Under the pieces are notes generated by a model. It was not told where the DNA came from. It did not search any database and saw only the letters and a list, made by a program, of their open reading frames with translations. Both the position numbers and the translations under genes were made by a program. From assembly GCA_964016885.1 (NCBI GenBank), contig OZ024742.1, positions 226,486,001 to 226,550,000 on the forward strand: a stretch of 64,000 bases of DNA, written 5' to 3'. Below, in pieces: positions 63,601-64,000 of the stretch. Positions within the stretch are counted from its first letter, which is position 1. Every line of letters begins with the position of its first letter. Source of the stretch: Eledone cirrhosa. Taxonomy: Eukaryota.

Positions 63601-64000
63601 GTGTTACTGCTGTAGTTGGTGGTGGTGTTAGTACTGTTACAATAGGTGGTGTTACTGCTGTAGTTGGTGGTGGTGTTAATACTGTTACAGTAGGTGGTGT
63701 TACTGCTGTAGTTGGTGGTGGTGTTAGTACTGTTATAGTAGGTGGTGTTACTGCTGTAGTTGGTGGTGGTGTTAGTACTGTTATAGTAGGTGGTGTTACT
63801 GCTGTAGTTGGTGGTGGTGTTAGTACTGTTATAGTAGGTGGTGTTACTGCTGTAGTTGGTGGTGGTGTTAGTACTGTTACAGTAGGTGGTGTTACTGCTG
63901 TAGTTGGTGGTGGTGTTAGTACTGTTATAGTAGGTGGTGTTACTGCTGTAGTTGGTAGTGGTGTTAGTACTGTTACAGTAGGTGGTGTTACTGCTGTAGT
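46440..64000 (+). repeat. Family of about 4 higher-order units of about 4.6 kb, with internal deletions and a partial extra copy
   Basis: Offsets 47079/51663, 48640/53224 and 49724/54308 = 4584 (95.5x48); 53224/57424 = 4200; 54308/58124 = 3816; 50924/60904 and 53224/63204 = 9980. Markers: GTGAATCCAG (46601, 51185, 61165), GTTAATTTGTACT (about 49735, 54319, 58135), GCCCTAG, ACTGGAGG...GTTCCT. Confidence 0.9.

Larger units (their letters stand above)
1..64000 (+). repeat. 48-bp tandem satellite/minisatellite array, about 1,330 monomers, single orientation, running off both window ends
   Basis: Consensus GTTAGTACTGTTACAGTAGGTGGTGTTACTGCTGTAGTTGGTGGTGGT (e.g. 84-131) recurs throughout, and most monomers differ by only 0-2 substitutions. 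All ORF translations have a 16-aa period. No non-repeat insert was seen. Confidence 0.99.

Noticed and set aside
1-64000. One giant intact mucin exon (MUC4 also has a 48-bp/16-aa unit)
   Set aside because: About 60 frameshifts interrupt it, and the peptide does not resemble the MUC4 unit. Only the period matches.
1-64000. Frameshifts as sequencing errors
   Set aside because: The same indel alleles recur with the same neighbouring substitutions at fixed higher-order offsets, and most are not in homopolymers.
1-64000. CRISPR array or other repeat-spacer system
   Set aside because: There are no unique spacers; the DNA between the palindromes is the same repeated sequence. No cas or other genes are present.
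1-64000. Telomerase-synthesised repeat (TTAGG-like, or yeast TGGTGT-containing)
   Set aside because: A 48-bp dimeric unit with heritable variants copied in multi-kb blocks indicates DNA-level duplication, not copying from an RNA template.

Overview
The entire 64 kb window is one uninterrupted head-to-tail tandem array of about 1,330 copies of a 48-bp monomer. The + strand consensus is GTTAGTACTGTTACAGTAGGTGGT GTTACTGCTGTAGTTGGTGGTGGT (18 G, 19 T, 7 A, 4 C; no CpG, no ATG). I saw no unique sequence, inversion, RNA gene, transposon, CRISPR spacer or recognisable protein gene. The monomer is two diverged 24-bp halves on a triplet scaffold and contains a ScaI site and a 13-bp palindrome. Shared variants reveal near-identical higher-order duplications with periods of 3882, 1150, 3792, 3551, 1871, 3623 and 4584 bp. 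They fall into a left domain (about 1-18.6 kb), a diverged transition zone (about 18.6-24 kb) and a right domain in which variants accumulate stepwise from left to right. All listed ORFs are translations of the repeat: 3 of 6 frames are open in the consensus, and one is mucin-like. About 60 frameshifting indels, copied along with the duplications, argue against an intact gene. The best call is satellite or giant minisatellite DNA, probably eukaryotic and possibly mucin-exon derived or (sub)telomeric. The organism cannot be identified, and I found no supportable novel gene system. Coordinates and counts were read by eye and are approximate unless tied to ORF-track offsets.
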